Source: Mustelus asterias (taxonomy: Eukaryota). From it: a DNA stretch of 64,000 nt. The notes beneath the pieces were generated by a model. It was not told where the DNA came from. It made no database searches and was given only the letters and a program-made list of their open reading frames with translations. Each line of letters opens with the position of its first letter. Positions within the stretch are counted from its first letter, which is position 1. Where the stretch lies: positions 12,090,001 to 12,154,000 of the forward strand of contig NC_135825.1 in the NCBI RefSeq assembly GCF_964213995.1. Reading direction: 5' to 3'. A program made the position numbers and the translations under genes. Shown here piece by piece: positions 35,900-48,388 of the stretch.

Positions 35900-36395
35900 A
35901 TACGGAAACGAAATAAGATTGAAGAAAGCAGCAAGCCAGGCCTCAGGAAATTCCACCCTTCAGAAAGCTCCAGAACGGAGGTCCCAGCTGGCCACTGCTA
36001 TCACTGGTTGTGCCAGCTCTAAAGATCCCCTTTAGCTGCTGATCTCCTTGTTCCAGCAGGCACAGCTCTATATCTGCACCTTTGGTGACCTGTGGACAGT
36101 TACTGTCCGGCTTTGACAGTGTCGCTCAGTGTGGTTGATGACATCATGGGAAATATGATTCACCCTGACACTTCCTGCACTATTGCTGAAAACAGAAAGG
36201 CCCAGAATTTGCTGAAAATACCACAGTGTGTAAACTGGCCAATGAACTGAGACAATGAAGAGATGTCAAACGAAATAAACAGGCCACAGAATGTTCAGTC
36301 TCGTAACATCATCCTCCCTGGCCCAGAATGCGAACAATTATAAACTCTGGAGTTTCCCTTTCTCCTGGATTGAATTAATGACCTGGATTTTCCAA
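35900..36395 (-). promoter_or_regulatory. Putative gene A proximal promoter with immune transcription-factor motifs
   Basis: EICE-type GGAAACGAAA 35904-35913, GGAAATTCC about 35946-35954, RUNX TGTGGT about 36130, ETS ACTTCCTG about 36170, kB consensus GGGAAACTCC (minus strand) 36349-36358. Motif matches only. Confidence 0.35.
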
Positions 36396-36611
36396 TGAGA
36401 GGAACGGCGAAGGTTAACAAACATTCACTGTTATTATGGAGTAAATGAGGTGGTAAATATCATGGCTGATATTTTTCTCATCCCCATTCTCCTGCCTTTT
36501 CCCCATAACCCCTGACCCCCTTATTAATCCAGAACCGATCTATCTCTGTCTTAGCACAGCCAATCCACCTAACCTACACATCTTTGGACACTAAGGGACA
36601 ATTTAGCAACT

Positions 36612-36787
36612 CCCCTCCCCCCCCCCTTGCCCCCAGTCCCCCCCCCCCTTTGCCCCCAAGTCCCACCCCCTTTGCCCCCAGTCCCCACCCCTTGCCCCCA
36701 GTCCTCCCCCTTTGCCCCCAGTCCCCCCCCCTTTGCCCCCAGTCCCCCCCCTTTTCCCCCAGTCCCCCCCCCCCACTTTGCCCCAGT
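36612..36787. repeat. C-rich minisatellite of about 21 bp (TTTGCCCCCAGTCCCCCCCCC)n
   Basis: About 8 imperfect units. Confidence 0.85.
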
Positions 36788-36960
36788 TCAGAGAGGATGG
36801 TGGGTGCAATTGATAGGGGGAGGAGGGTCATGAATCAGGAATGGTCCCTCCCACTTGTGAAAATTGAGGATTTGGGACTGAGTTTGACTATTGTTCAGTG
36901 AGCCAACTCCGGCACAATGAGCTGAATCAATTCCTTCTGTTCTGTAGTTTCTAGAGGGCG

Positions 36961-37969
36961 GGGGGTGATTCTCGTGATCTGCAACTTTTCCGGCCGGTCA
37001 GGCTGGGTGCTACGCGTCCTCGGCCTTTTTCTGGGATTTGCGCATGCGCCGGGAATACATGCGCTTCTCCCAGAGACGGAGAATAGTCGGAGTCCAGACC
37101 ACGCTGGAAATCGGCGGGAAGACGGGTAAGTGATTTGCAATTATCGGGAACTTGCCGGGCCCGATTGAATCTCCCACCCCACCAGGAGCACTTCATTCCG
37201 GCGGGGTTTAGAGAAGATCCCCACATTCGGGGAACTAGCGGGAGACCCCGCCGGAATGAAGGGCGCAACATCGGAGCCCCGCAGCGGGTCAGGTGCGGGG
37301 GTCAGGTGCCGCCCTGGGCATGGACACCCTGGCAGTGCCAGCCTGTGCCCCCGGCACTGCACAAGGTGCCAATTGTCCATGCCCAGAGAGTGCCTTGGCG
37401 CTGCCACTGGGCATCGGGCAATGACAAGGGGGCAAGGCCCATTGTGGGTGGAGCCGAGGGGTAATCAGTGGGGGGAGTGTCCCGCTGCCACTCTGCATGG
37501 TGATCGGTCTGGGCTGGGTGGAAGCCAGCGATCAGGGCAGGCTGTGGCGTGGGGTGGGGGGGTTCTGCTGGGGTGAGGGTGAGGGTGGTGGTGGGATCGC
37601 CACCAATGGGTGGGTGTGCTGGTCATCGGGACGCTCTGGGGCGGGGGATGGGTCAGAGCTGGCCCAGGAATTGTCTTGAGGGCCGCGATCAAGGTGTGTG
37701 GGGGGCCTGAGGGACAGCACTGTGGGGGTCCCGGGCTGGCCAGCAAACGGGGAGACTGACAGATCGGGGCCACTGCACATGCTCAGAGTTCCGGAGCTGT
37801 CAGACTCCGGCGTGAATAGGCCCCGCCCCCTGGGTGTTCAATAAGATTCCCGATTGTGACCTCGGCATTGCACAGAGTGCGGAGATTCGAGTGAGAAACT
37901 GCACTGAAAAAACAGTCGTGATCCAGAACAGTTTTCCCACAAATTCAGCACTTTTGGGAGAATCGCCCC
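36961..37969. mobile_element. Non-autonomous DNA-transposon/MITE-like element
   Basis: Terminal inverted repeats GGGGTGATTCTC...GAGAATCGCCCC; GC-rich interior resembles blocks at about 5040-5555, 25450-25880 and 49250-50190; short relatives with GGGCG(G/T)...CGCCC ends at about 6017, 14520, 22462 and 38728. Confidence 0.5.
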
Positions 37970-39247
37970 ATAGGTTTCTAATATTCACTCCCTGATGCTT
38001 CTCTCTGGGGTAACTTGTCCGCACCATGGTGGAGCTGATATGATCCCTGGTCATTCCTTCTTCACCCTGAATCATCTGATGTTCAAGAAATGTAGCAACC
38101 CCCGTGCTGTTTGCCTGTGACAAATTCTGTATCAATGCTGATCTTCTCACTGCTGCAAACATAGCTCTGCATTTGGTATCTGACACCTATTGTACATTCA
38201 CAGGGTTTCTGTCTCACACCACCCTGAGGATAGCAACACATTTTTCTTGCAGATTCAAACCATGAACATTGCAAGTTGCAGCAAACATGAAGCCACATTT
38301 ATTTCCAATGTCAATCTCTCTCTTTGCCTTTCTCATCAACCGTTAAAGAATTTGAGGAGTTAATGGAATATTGCTGTAAATTGGTGCTTATTTAGGATGG
38401 AGTCGTCACTCACAGAATTCCATACTCAATAAAAAATGATCAAACATTGGAATCATTTGGAAAATTCAGAACTCTGATTACAATCTGTTACACGTGGGTA
38501 AGAACTTCACTCTGAGTAAATCTAAAGTTAGGACTCTCACTGACCACAGCCTTGGGTGGAGAAACATGTTTATTTTTTATTATTAACTCATTCGTGGAAT
38601 CAGCAACAACAGCAATAACTTTCTCTTTATAAAGTACCTTTCACTCAGCAAAACCTCCTCCGACATTTTACAGGAATGTCATCAGACAAGTGTTGCTGCT
38701 GAGGCAAAGATTAGAGGGGGGGAGGGGGGGGCGATTCTCCCATTCCGACCCGTGAAGTTTTGGGCGCGTCGGGTTGGGAGATGTGCGTGTCGGCCATTTC
38801 GCGGGATCCCCGCGAGCGTTTACGACCCACGCGCATCTCCCAACCGGAAAAAAAATGGCACCGTTGGGACCGCGCTGAAAACCGGCCTACCACTAATTTG
38901 CATCACTTACCATGCTTTCGCATGCTATTATTGGGAGTTACTGGCTGCTTTTTACATCTCCTCCATTAGCTTTGAGAAAATGGGGGATCTTTCTTAAACC
39001 CCCCTGACTTAATGTAATTGTAACATTTAACAATTAATTAGCCATTAAACGGGCCACAGAATGTTCAGTCTCGTCACATCAGCCTCCCTGGCCCAGAATG
39101 TGAACAATTATACACTCTGGAGTTTCACTCTCTCCTGTATTGAATTATTGACCTGGATTTTCCAATGAGAGGAACGGCGAAGGTTAACAACCATTCACTG
39201 TTATTATGGAGTAAATGAGGCGGTAAAGAGGGTACGCATGTGCAATT

Positions 39248-40412
39248 AGAATCATAGAATCATAAAATCATAGAATCATGCAGCACAGAAAAGGTCCTTC
39301 AGCCAATCGAGTCCACATCGACACATTAGAAATATCTTAACCACCACCTAATGCCATCTGCCAGCACTTGGCCCCTCGCCATGAATTTTATGATGTGTCA
39401 AGTGCTCATCCAGGTAATTTTTAATGGATGTGAGGCAACCTGCCTCTACCACCCCCCCAGGCAACGCATTCCAGACCATCACCACCCTCTGGTTAAAAAC
39501 GCTTTTCCTCACATCCCCCATAAACCTTCTGCCCCTCACCTTGAACCTGTGTCCCCTTGTGACTGACCCTTCAACGAAAGGGAACAGCTGCTCCATTTCC
39601 ACTCTGTGCATGTCCCCTGTAGTCTTGTACACCTCGATCAGGTCGCCTCTCAATCTTCTCTGCTCCAACGAAAACAACCCAATCCTATCCAACCTCTCTT
39701 CATAACTTAAATTTTCTGTCCCAGGCAGCATCCTGGTAAATTTCCTCTGCACCCACTCCAGTGGAATTACATCCTTCTGATAATGAGGTGACCAGAACTG
39801 CACAATGTAGTCCTGCTGTGGCCTCACTAAAGTTCTATACAACTCCAACTTGACTTCCCTGCTTTTGTAATCTATGCCTCGACTGACAAAGGCAAGTATC
39901 CCATTTATCTTTTTCACCACCCTACTAACATGCCCTTCAATCTTCAGAGATCTGTGGACAAACACGCCAAGGTCCCTTTGTTCTACAGAACTTCCTTGTG
40001 TCCTAAAATTCATTGAGTACCTTCTGTCAAATTAATCCTTCTAAAGTGTATCAACTCACACTTTAAGGGTTAAATTCTATCTGCCACTTATCTGGCCATT
40101 TGACCATTCTATCTGTATCTTCTTGTAGCCCAAGACACTCTGCCTCGCTGCTAACCACCCGTCCAATCTTTGTGTCAGCTGCAAACGTACTAATCCTACC
40201 CCCCACAGAGTCATCTATGTCATTTATATAAGTCACAAATAATAGGGGCCCAACACAGATCCCTGCGGTACGCCACTGGACACTGGCTTCCAGTCACTAA
40301 AGCAGCCTTCTGTCATCACCCTCTGTCTCCAACATTTTGAATTCACTTTATTAAATTACCCTGTACCCAATGTGCATTTACTACTTTACAAGTCTCCCAT
40401 GTGGGATCTTGC
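39248..40412 (-). mobile_element. Degenerate CR1 LINE
   Basis: ORF 39348-40013 QRDLGVFVHRSLK...; (ATTCTATG)n tail. Confidence 0.9.
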
Positions 40413-42579
40413 CATTCTGAAATGTACAAGTTGTGGCTCTAATTCCCCAGTTTCCCCAGAGGCTGTTCTATGCTGATACCTCACTGATAGAGGCAGCATG
40501 GAAACTGATGTAAAGACATGGGCCTGAATTTTATATCCTCCAAGGTTCAAGCAGGAGCTGAATGGGGCGGACTCGCCAGTCAGTCAGTGCGAGCACCAGA
40601 GAGGATGGTGGATACAATTGACAGGGGGAGAAGGGTCATGAGGCAGGGATGGTCCCTTTCACTTGTACAGTGCTCCATGGGCAGAGGATGCCAACAATCC
40701 AGTCCTCCAACACTGGCATACAGACAGGGAAATCCCAGTTGTCCCACCATGTGACCTGTTCATTATTGGAGATTTTAAAATTTGTTCAGGAACTTAAAAA
40801 TTTGTTTTATTGTTATTTAGTTTTCATGGGAAATGAGTATTGCTGGCGAAGACAGCATTCATTCCCCATCACTAATTTCCCTTGACAAGGTGGGGGTATG
40901 CCACTGTCTTGTACAGCAGGAAATGCAGCAACACCCGTGCTGTTTGTCTGTGACAAATTCTGTATCAATGCTGATCTTCTCGCTGCTGCAAACACAGCTC
41001 TGCATTTGGTATCTGACACCTATTGTACATTCACAGGGTTTCTATCTCACACCACCCTGAGGACAGCAACACATTTTTCTTGCAGTTTCAAACCATGAAC
41101 ATTGCAAGTTGCAGCAAACATGAACCCACGTTTATTTCCAATGTCAATCTCTCTCTTTGCCTTTCTCATCAACCGTTAAAGAATTTGAGGAGTTAATGGA
41201 ATATTGCTATAAATTGGTGCTTATTTCGGATGAATCCGTCACTCACAGAATTCTATACTCAATAAAAAATGATCAAACATTGGAACCATTTGGAAAATTC
41301 AGAACTCTGAGTACACGTGGGTACTCTGTTACACGTGGGTAAGAACTTCACTCTGAGTAAATCTAAAGTTAGAACTCTCACTGACCACAGCCTTGGATGG
41401 AGAAACATGTTTATTTTTTATTATTAACTCATTTGTAGAATCAACAACAACAGCAATAACTTGTTCTTTTAAAAGGGCCTTTCACTCATAGAATTTTGCA
41501 GTGCAGATGGAGGCCATTCGGTCCATCAAGCCGACACAATGCCACCCAGATCCTATCCCTATAACTCCACATATTTACCCTGCTAATCCCCTGACACAAT
41601 GGGGCAATTTAACATGGGCAATGAATCTAACCTTCACATCTTTGCATTGTGGGATGAAACCGGAGCGCCTGGAGGAAATTCACACAGACCACGGGGAGGA
41701 CATTGTGCAAACTCCACACTGCCAGTCACCCAAGTTCGGAATTGAACCTGGGCACCTGGCACTGTGAGGCAGCAGTGCTAACCACTGTGCCACCGTACTG
41801 CCCGGTAAAACCTCCTCAGGCATTTTATGACATCAGACAAGTGCTGTTGCTGAGGCAAAGATTAGATCAAAGAGACTGGTCAGTTTTAGGGAGAGGTTGC
41901 TGGAGTTTTGCATCTAGACAATTGGAAACATTACTGTTAGCGGTGTGGTGAAGAATTGGAAATACACGAGAAGCCACGGCTGGGGGAACATAAGATTCGC
42001 AGAAACATTTGTAAAGATAGGGACTGACGAGAACATGGAGAAATTTGAATAGGAGAATGAGAATTTAATATTGAGTTTATTTGATTTTGGGAACCACTCA
42101 ATGAGCACATACACATGAGTGAAGGGCACCCGACAGGTGTCACAACAATATGTCATGTGAGATATGGAATAACACTCTTTAAATTTATCACCTGGACAGA
42201 TATGCGCTGAAACTCATTAAAGGGGCTTTTGCCGAGCAAAGTCACGACATACAAACACACAAATTAGGAACAGGAGGAGGCCATTCAGCCCCTCATGCCT
42301 AATCTGTCATTCAATGATATCATGGCTGATCTGATTGTGACCTCAGCTTTATATCCCACTGACCCTGATAATCATTGACTTCCTTGTTAGTCTAGAATCT
42401 TCCAAGCCTCATCTGAAAAATATTTATTGACTCTGCCTCCACCACTCTCTGGGAAAGAGAGTTCCAATAATTCACAACCCTCTGAGAGAAAATAAATCTT
42501 CTCATCTCTGTCTTCAATGGGAGAAACCTTATATTTAAATGGTGTTGGTGAGTTGTAGCGTCTCTCAGCATCCACCCTG

Positions 42580-43499
42580 TCGTGTCCTCCATTAAGGGAC
42601 CAGACCAGACACTCCAAGGTGTTTCATAAAGTTAGCCGAGACCCAAACTTTTAGATTTGATTTTGGAATTAGGGTGAGCATAAGGTGTTTTACTCCAGGT
42701 ATGATTCAAGTGACCCACGAGGAAACTTTAGTCAAAACTAACTTTATTTAAGAAACAGTTAGAATAGAGCAAAAAAGAATTAGCATAACTTTTACCAAGT
42801 AAAATACTTAAACATGACAAAGTATAATTTTTACAAGCTAGCTATCGCTATTGTTCCAATTTAGCACATCCCCCAGTCAGACATAAATCCCATCTTGAGA
42901 AACAGTTCGCAAAGAAAGCAAATATGCTTCATGAACACTTGGTTTCCAGCCTTTTAATACCTCTCGACAAACATCAGGACAGCACTTTCTAGAGAAGGAT
43001 ATATTCCAAACAACAGAACTTCAGAGAAGTAAACCTAATCTGTGGCAACTCCCAGTCTTCAGACTTCAGAATTGGAAATGGATTCCTCACTCTGCAGCTT
43101 CCAAAACATCACCTTCTCAGTGAAAGAGACTTGCTTCCTGGCAAATTCCAGTCTCCAACTTCAGAGAGGGAAACTGAAAGGCACGACTCTCTAACAACTC
43201 AAAGCAGAATTTGACTTGATCTTTCTGTGTAAACCTAGCTCCACCTAGTGATACGACTGTACCTATCACTTAACCTAATCAAGCCCTACTCTGCAAAACC
43301 CCAGGGGCCCACTGAAAATCAAACAGAAAAACATTAGTCCAGATTAAAACAAACATCCTTGCAATTAGGAGCAATTATGCTGCTGCAGTAACAACACACT
43401 GCTGCTGGACAAAGCGGCATGGATAACAAAAAGAATCTGCGAAAACAGACCTGCATAAGAAACGTAACAATACATTCCTTAATTCACAATATTTTCACA
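42580..43499 (-). mobile_element. Solo LTR related to 8663-9426
   Basis: Shared blocks ACTCCAAGGT...GTATGATTCAA.TGAC...TTTATTTAAGAA; ends in CA; left boundary approximate. Confidence 0.55.
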
Positions 43500-46442
43500 T
43501 GAGCCAATCCTCTATCCATGCATGAATATTCCCTACAAAACCATCTTGCGTATTAACCTTTTGTATGGTACCTTATCAAATGCCTTTTGAAAATCCAAAT
43601 ATACAACATCGACTGGTTCTCCTCTATCTACTCTGATTGATACCTCTTCAAATAACTCTAGTAAATTTGCCATTCATGACTTTCCCTTCATGAACCCAAT
43701 CTGACTCTGCCTGATCACATTATAACTTTCCAAAGGCCCTGATATTCTTTCCTTAATAATTGATTCTGACATTTATCCAACAACTAAATTTAAACTAATC
43801 CAGGGAATTTCCCATTCTGAGGTTATACAGGCACATTGTTCCATCCTGGGAAAGTGGAATATATCATTGGAGCGACTGGTATCCAGTGCATGGAAAAATC
43901 ATGTTGCCAATTCCTTCCAGAATTTGTTCATCTTTAAATTGACAAAGATTAAGATAAGAATATGAAACAAGAAATGTAGACATTTAATCAGCAAACAGAT
44001 CAATTATTCTCCAGATGTCGATATACAACCTGAAGGTCACAGCCACTGTTTGGATTTTGATTCCTCCACTAAATTTTTGATCCAAATCATGTTGGTTGGT
44101 TTTTGTTTTTTTATTAGTGTCACAAGTCGGCTTACATTAACACTGCAATGAAATTACTGAGAAAATCCCCCAGTCGCCACACTCCGGCGCCAGTTCGGGT
44201 CACTGAGCGAGAATTCAGCATGGCCAATGCACCCGAACCAACACAACTTTCAGACTTCATTTAATAATGAAAAAACATACTATTATGTAGATTTGTTAAA
44301 AGAAATGTTCAAAGCTGGATGAGGATTGAATATTTGACCAGGATGCAAAATTGCTTCGATGTAGATGGAATCCCAGAATCTTCATTTTCCCACTTTGGTC
44401 CAACTGTGAGAATTGGATTCATTGAGTGACTGGAAAAGAAAATCATCAGATTCATTGAGATTGGGAGAACAATGCATCAATTGACATTTCAGTCTTGAAC
44501 AGAATTCTGGAAATGGCAACAATTTGGGGCAGTTTCGAGATCACATTGATCGCCCTTTGCATGTGCGCTGGGAAACACTCGTTTGGATCCTTCATGAAGA
44601 CACGTAACCTTATTTACCCACAGAAAACCAATGTTCCCCTGCTGCTGTGATTATGGACAATTGACTGGAGAAATTGATTGCTCTGTCCATGTTTCTAAAA
44701 ATATTTTATACAGTCCAGTTGGTGCTTCCAGCAACAACATCATTGGGTCTGTGTCTCAGCCTCTTACTGCTGTCTGAATCATTTGAAATCTCTTCCAGTT
44801 CCTGTCCAGAAACAGTCAGCCCTGTTGCCTTTTTATAGCCTTTCCAATTTCCTTCCTTATTCTTTTGCTGACAGTTTAATAAGATTGGATGGTAAGATGG
44901 AAGGGTTCTTCCATGGATGGGTTACACAGGAACACAGTAACAAGAGCAGCTCATTCAGCCCCTCGAGCCTGTCACACCAACCTGCAACTCCACACAGACA
45001 CTCACCCAAGACCAAAATCGAACCTGGGTCCCTGTCTTATCTAATCCCAGCTGTGAGAATTCTAATTGGCCCAGCATCCACAGATTTTAGGATGGATTAG
45101 TTCCAGATTTCCATGACTAGCTGTGTGAAAATAATGCTTCCTAATTTTACTCCTAAGTATCTAAGCCCTCACTTTTGGGTTATGGCCCCGTGTACTCCAT
45201 CTCCCCACTGGGCAAAGAGTTTCTCTGTACCCACCATACTGAATCCCATAAAAACTTCAATCACCTATCCCAGCAACCTCCAAGTGTGAGGAAATGCAGC
45301 AAATTTGTGCAATCTCTGCACATAATTTACTCCATTCTTCCCTGTATCATTCTGATGTATTGATATTGCAGAGATGATGGTTTAGTGTCAATGTCACTGG
45401 GCTAGTAATCCAGAGGTTGATAGTAAAGTGCTGGGAACATGATTTCAACATAGTAGCTGGTGGAATATAAATGCAATGAATTCAATTTCAATTGATGAAT
45501 GAATCTGGAATTGAAAATCTGACCAATGGTGACCAGGAAGCTTGTCATCAATTGCTGTAAAAACCCATCTGGTTGGTTGGGGATGGTGATAAACGGTCAT
45601 AAATTGTCATAAATCCTCACTGATATCCGTCAGGGAAGGATATCTGTTTTCCTGATGCAGTCTGACCTCCATGTGACCCCAGACCCACCGTGATGTGTTT
45701 GATTCCTAACTGTCTTCTGAAATGGCCGAGCAAGCCACTCGGATCTGGCAATTAGGGATGGGCAACAATTCTGCCCTTGCCAGTGACGTCCACATCCCGT
45801 GAAATAGAACAAAAAGACACTGCATCCCTTCCGAGGCCAATATTTTGTTCCTGTGATTCGGACACCATCCAGAACAAACAATTCAACATTGCATTATAAA
45901 ATCCTCCAGTGATAAAGTGAAACTTCCATTTATGAGTGGAAGTTATCCTGGACAAAGTCAGCTGATCACTTCAGGATGGATGCAGCTGCAACAAGGATCA
46001 GGAACATTGACACAATCGAAAACAAACAGTCCCCTTGATCTTTCCTACATAACATCAGCAACACTTCAAAACCAAACCATATAAAATGTAAGATACTTTG
46101 GGTGGACTTTCCACCCAAGTTCCTCTGGTGGGGTGAGGGAGGGAGGAGGGCGGAGGGGGCTGGACAAGAGCAGAAGATCTCGCGAGAGCCCCCAATCATG
46201 TTATTACTTTGATGGGAAGTCTCTTTGTGATTGTCCCCAGCTCCCATCACTGACATCACAGGATTCCCAACGTTGAACAACATAATCAATTTGCATGTCA
46301 TTATCAAGACCTGGCACCTGATCAACCCCCGCTCCCCCCACACCCCCCAACCCTCACTTCCACTGTTCGATGATCCACTCACATCAGTGTGAGGGCACAC
46401 TGGTGTGCATTATGATTGATGGCCATGGCATGTACCAGGAGG

Positions 46443-47385
46443 AAGTCTCACAACACCAGGTTAAAGTCCAACAGGTTTATTTGGTAGCACAAGCCACTAA
46501 CTTTTGGAGCGCTGCCCCTTCATCAGGAGAGTGGGAGTTCTGTTCACAAACAGGGCATATAAAGAGACAAACTCAATTTACAAAATAATTGTTGGAATGG
46601 GAGTCTTTACAGATAATCAAGTCTTAAAGGTACAGACAAGGTGAGTGGAGAGAGGGTTAAGCACAGGTTAAAGTGATGTGTATTGTCTCCAGCCAGGACC
46701 ACCAGTTACACGGTACATACTCTTGCAACTCGGCCAACGTTGTCTACCTGATACGCTGCAGGAAAGGATGTTCCGAGGCATGGTACATTGGGGAGACCAT
46801 GCAGACACGATGACAACGGATGAATGAACAATGCTCAACAATCGCCAGGTAAGAGTGTTCTCTTCCTGTTGGGGAGCACTTCAGCAGTCACAGGCATTCG
46901 GCCTCTGATCTTCGGGTAAGCGCTCTCCAAGACGGCCTACATTACACACGACAGCGCAGAGTCGCTGAGCACAGACTGGTAGCCAAGTTCCGCATACAGG
47001 AGAACGGCCTCAACCGGGATCTTGGGTTCATGTCACACTATCTGTAACCCCCATGACTTGCCTGGGCTTGCAAAATCTCACTAACTGTCCTGGCTGGAGA
47101 CAATACATATCTCTTTAACCTGTGCTTAACCCTCTCTCCACTCACATTGTCTGTACCTTTAACACTTGATTACCTGTAAAATCTCACATTCCAACCATTA
47201 TTTTGTAAATTGAGTTTGTCTCTTTATATGTCCTGTTTGTGAACAGAACTCCCACCTCCCTGATGAAGGGGCAGCGCTCCGAAGACCAGTGTCTTGTGCT
47301 ACCAAATAAACCTGTCAGACTTTAAGCTAGTGTTGTGAGATTCCTTACTGTGTTTACCCCAGTCCAACGCCCTCATCTCCACAGT
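46443..47385 (+). mobile_element. Penelope-like element with inverted pLTR (GIY-YIG fragment between inverted arms of about 260 bp)
   Basis: YSCNSANVVYLIRCRKGCSEAWYIGET; arms at about 46443-46699 and 47086-47346; 13-bp TSD ATGTACCAGGAGG (46430-46442 and 47386-47398). Confidence 0.88.
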
Positions 47386-47452
47386 ATGTACCAGGAGGGC
47401 AGACCCACTGCAGATGCTCAGGTGAGTGCATCGCTCAAGTTACTATCAAGGA

Positions 47453-47925
47453 GCAGTGTCCATTCAGTGCCAGGGGTCAGTGCCAGTGACAGCGTCCATG
47501 CAGTGCCAGGGGTCAGTGCCAGGGTCAGTGTCCATGCAGTGCCAGGGGTCAGTGCCAGTGACAGCGTCCATGCAGTGCCGGGGTCAGTGCCAGGGTCAGT
47601 GTCCATGCAGTGCCAGGGGTCAGTGCCAGCGTCAGTGTCCATGCAGTGCCAGGGGTCAGTGCCAGTGACAGCGTCCATGCAGTGCCAGGGGTCAGTGCCA
47701 GGGTCAGTGTCCATGCAGTGCCAGGGGTCAGTGCCAGGGTCAGTGTCCATGCAGTGCCAGGGGTCAGTGCCAGTGACAGCGTCCATGCAGTGCCAGGGGT
47801 CAGTGCCAGGGTCAGTGTCCATTCAGTGCCAGGGGTCAGTGCCAGTGTCAGTGTCCATGCAGTGCCAGGGGTCACAACTGGGGCAGCGTCCATGCAGTGT
47901 CAGGGGTCAGTGCCAGAGGCAGTGT
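47453..47925. repeat. 36-bp minisatellite, about 13 copies (CAGTGCCAGGGGTCAGTGCCAG[T/G]G[A/T]CAG[C/T]GTCCATG)
   Basis: Direct repetition; 12-aa periodic ORFs in several frames. Confidence 0.92.
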
Positions 47926-48112
47926 CGGGGGGCAGGGCGGGGGTGTGGAGGGGGGGGGGGCGGTGCATGAGGTTGTGCAAGGGGAGGGGGGTTCCATTTT
48001 CACTTTTGTGCATCAAGTTGACTTTCAAAAATATCATTTTGATCTTGAAGAAACTGAAATTTCTGGTGGGATGGGCAGTATCCTGTCCCTTCAACATTTA
48101 TACACATATTCT

Positions 48113-48154
48113 TCACCATATTTCTTCACCGCCTCTTTTCCTGCCCCTGCCACA
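48113..48154 (-). CDS. Gene B candidate terminal exon (short basic tail CGRGRKRGGEEIW*)
   Basis: Pyrimidine-rich acceptor ttttacctttcatttccaag|TGT in phase 0, 134 nt after the TM donor. Alternatives are the next AG (GQEKRR*) or intron read-through (VRIMDFTTIILSTL*). Confidence 0.35.
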   Translation of the reverse strand, partial: CGRGRKRGGEEIW

Positions 48155-48288
48155 CTTGGAAATGAAAGGTAAAATTCCCCCCCGTGTTTAAACCTGTGGA
48201 CATTGACATCAATGCAAGTTTCTCTGCACAATATCTGTGATAATTACAAAGTGCTCAGAATGATTGTTGTAAAGTCCATAATCCTCAC

Positions 48289-48388
48289 CTGAGATTTTCT
48301 CGTGAACCATGTGACCGAAATCACACAAATCACCAGGAGGGTAAAGAGCCCCCAGCGAATCACATTCCAGATGAAGAAACTGAGCAAA
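48289..48388 (-). CDS. Gene B transmembrane exon with charged Arg (NxxR): LLSFFIWNVIRWGLFTLLVICVISVTWFTRKSQ
   Basis: Acceptor ttctgtatttcttccag|T, donor CAG|gtgagg; 100 nt; phase-2 start matches the stalk exon; hydrophobic helix containing one Arg. Confidence 0.85.

Noticed and set aside
44706-44801. Alternative terminal exon for gene B (ELEEISNDSDSSKRLRHRPNDVVAGSTNWTV*)
   Set aside because: Weak polypyrimidine tract and no homology support; cannot be preferred over nearer candidates.
45752-45850. Another candidate gene B terminal exon (EQNIGLGRDAV...)
   Set aside because: Poor acceptor, and it runs into an antisense SINE.
47335-48191. Long repetitive ORFs and a superficially CRISPR-like array
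   Set aside because: Plain tandem minisatellite without unique spacers, in eukaryotic DNA; the ORFs are open only because the unit lacks stops.
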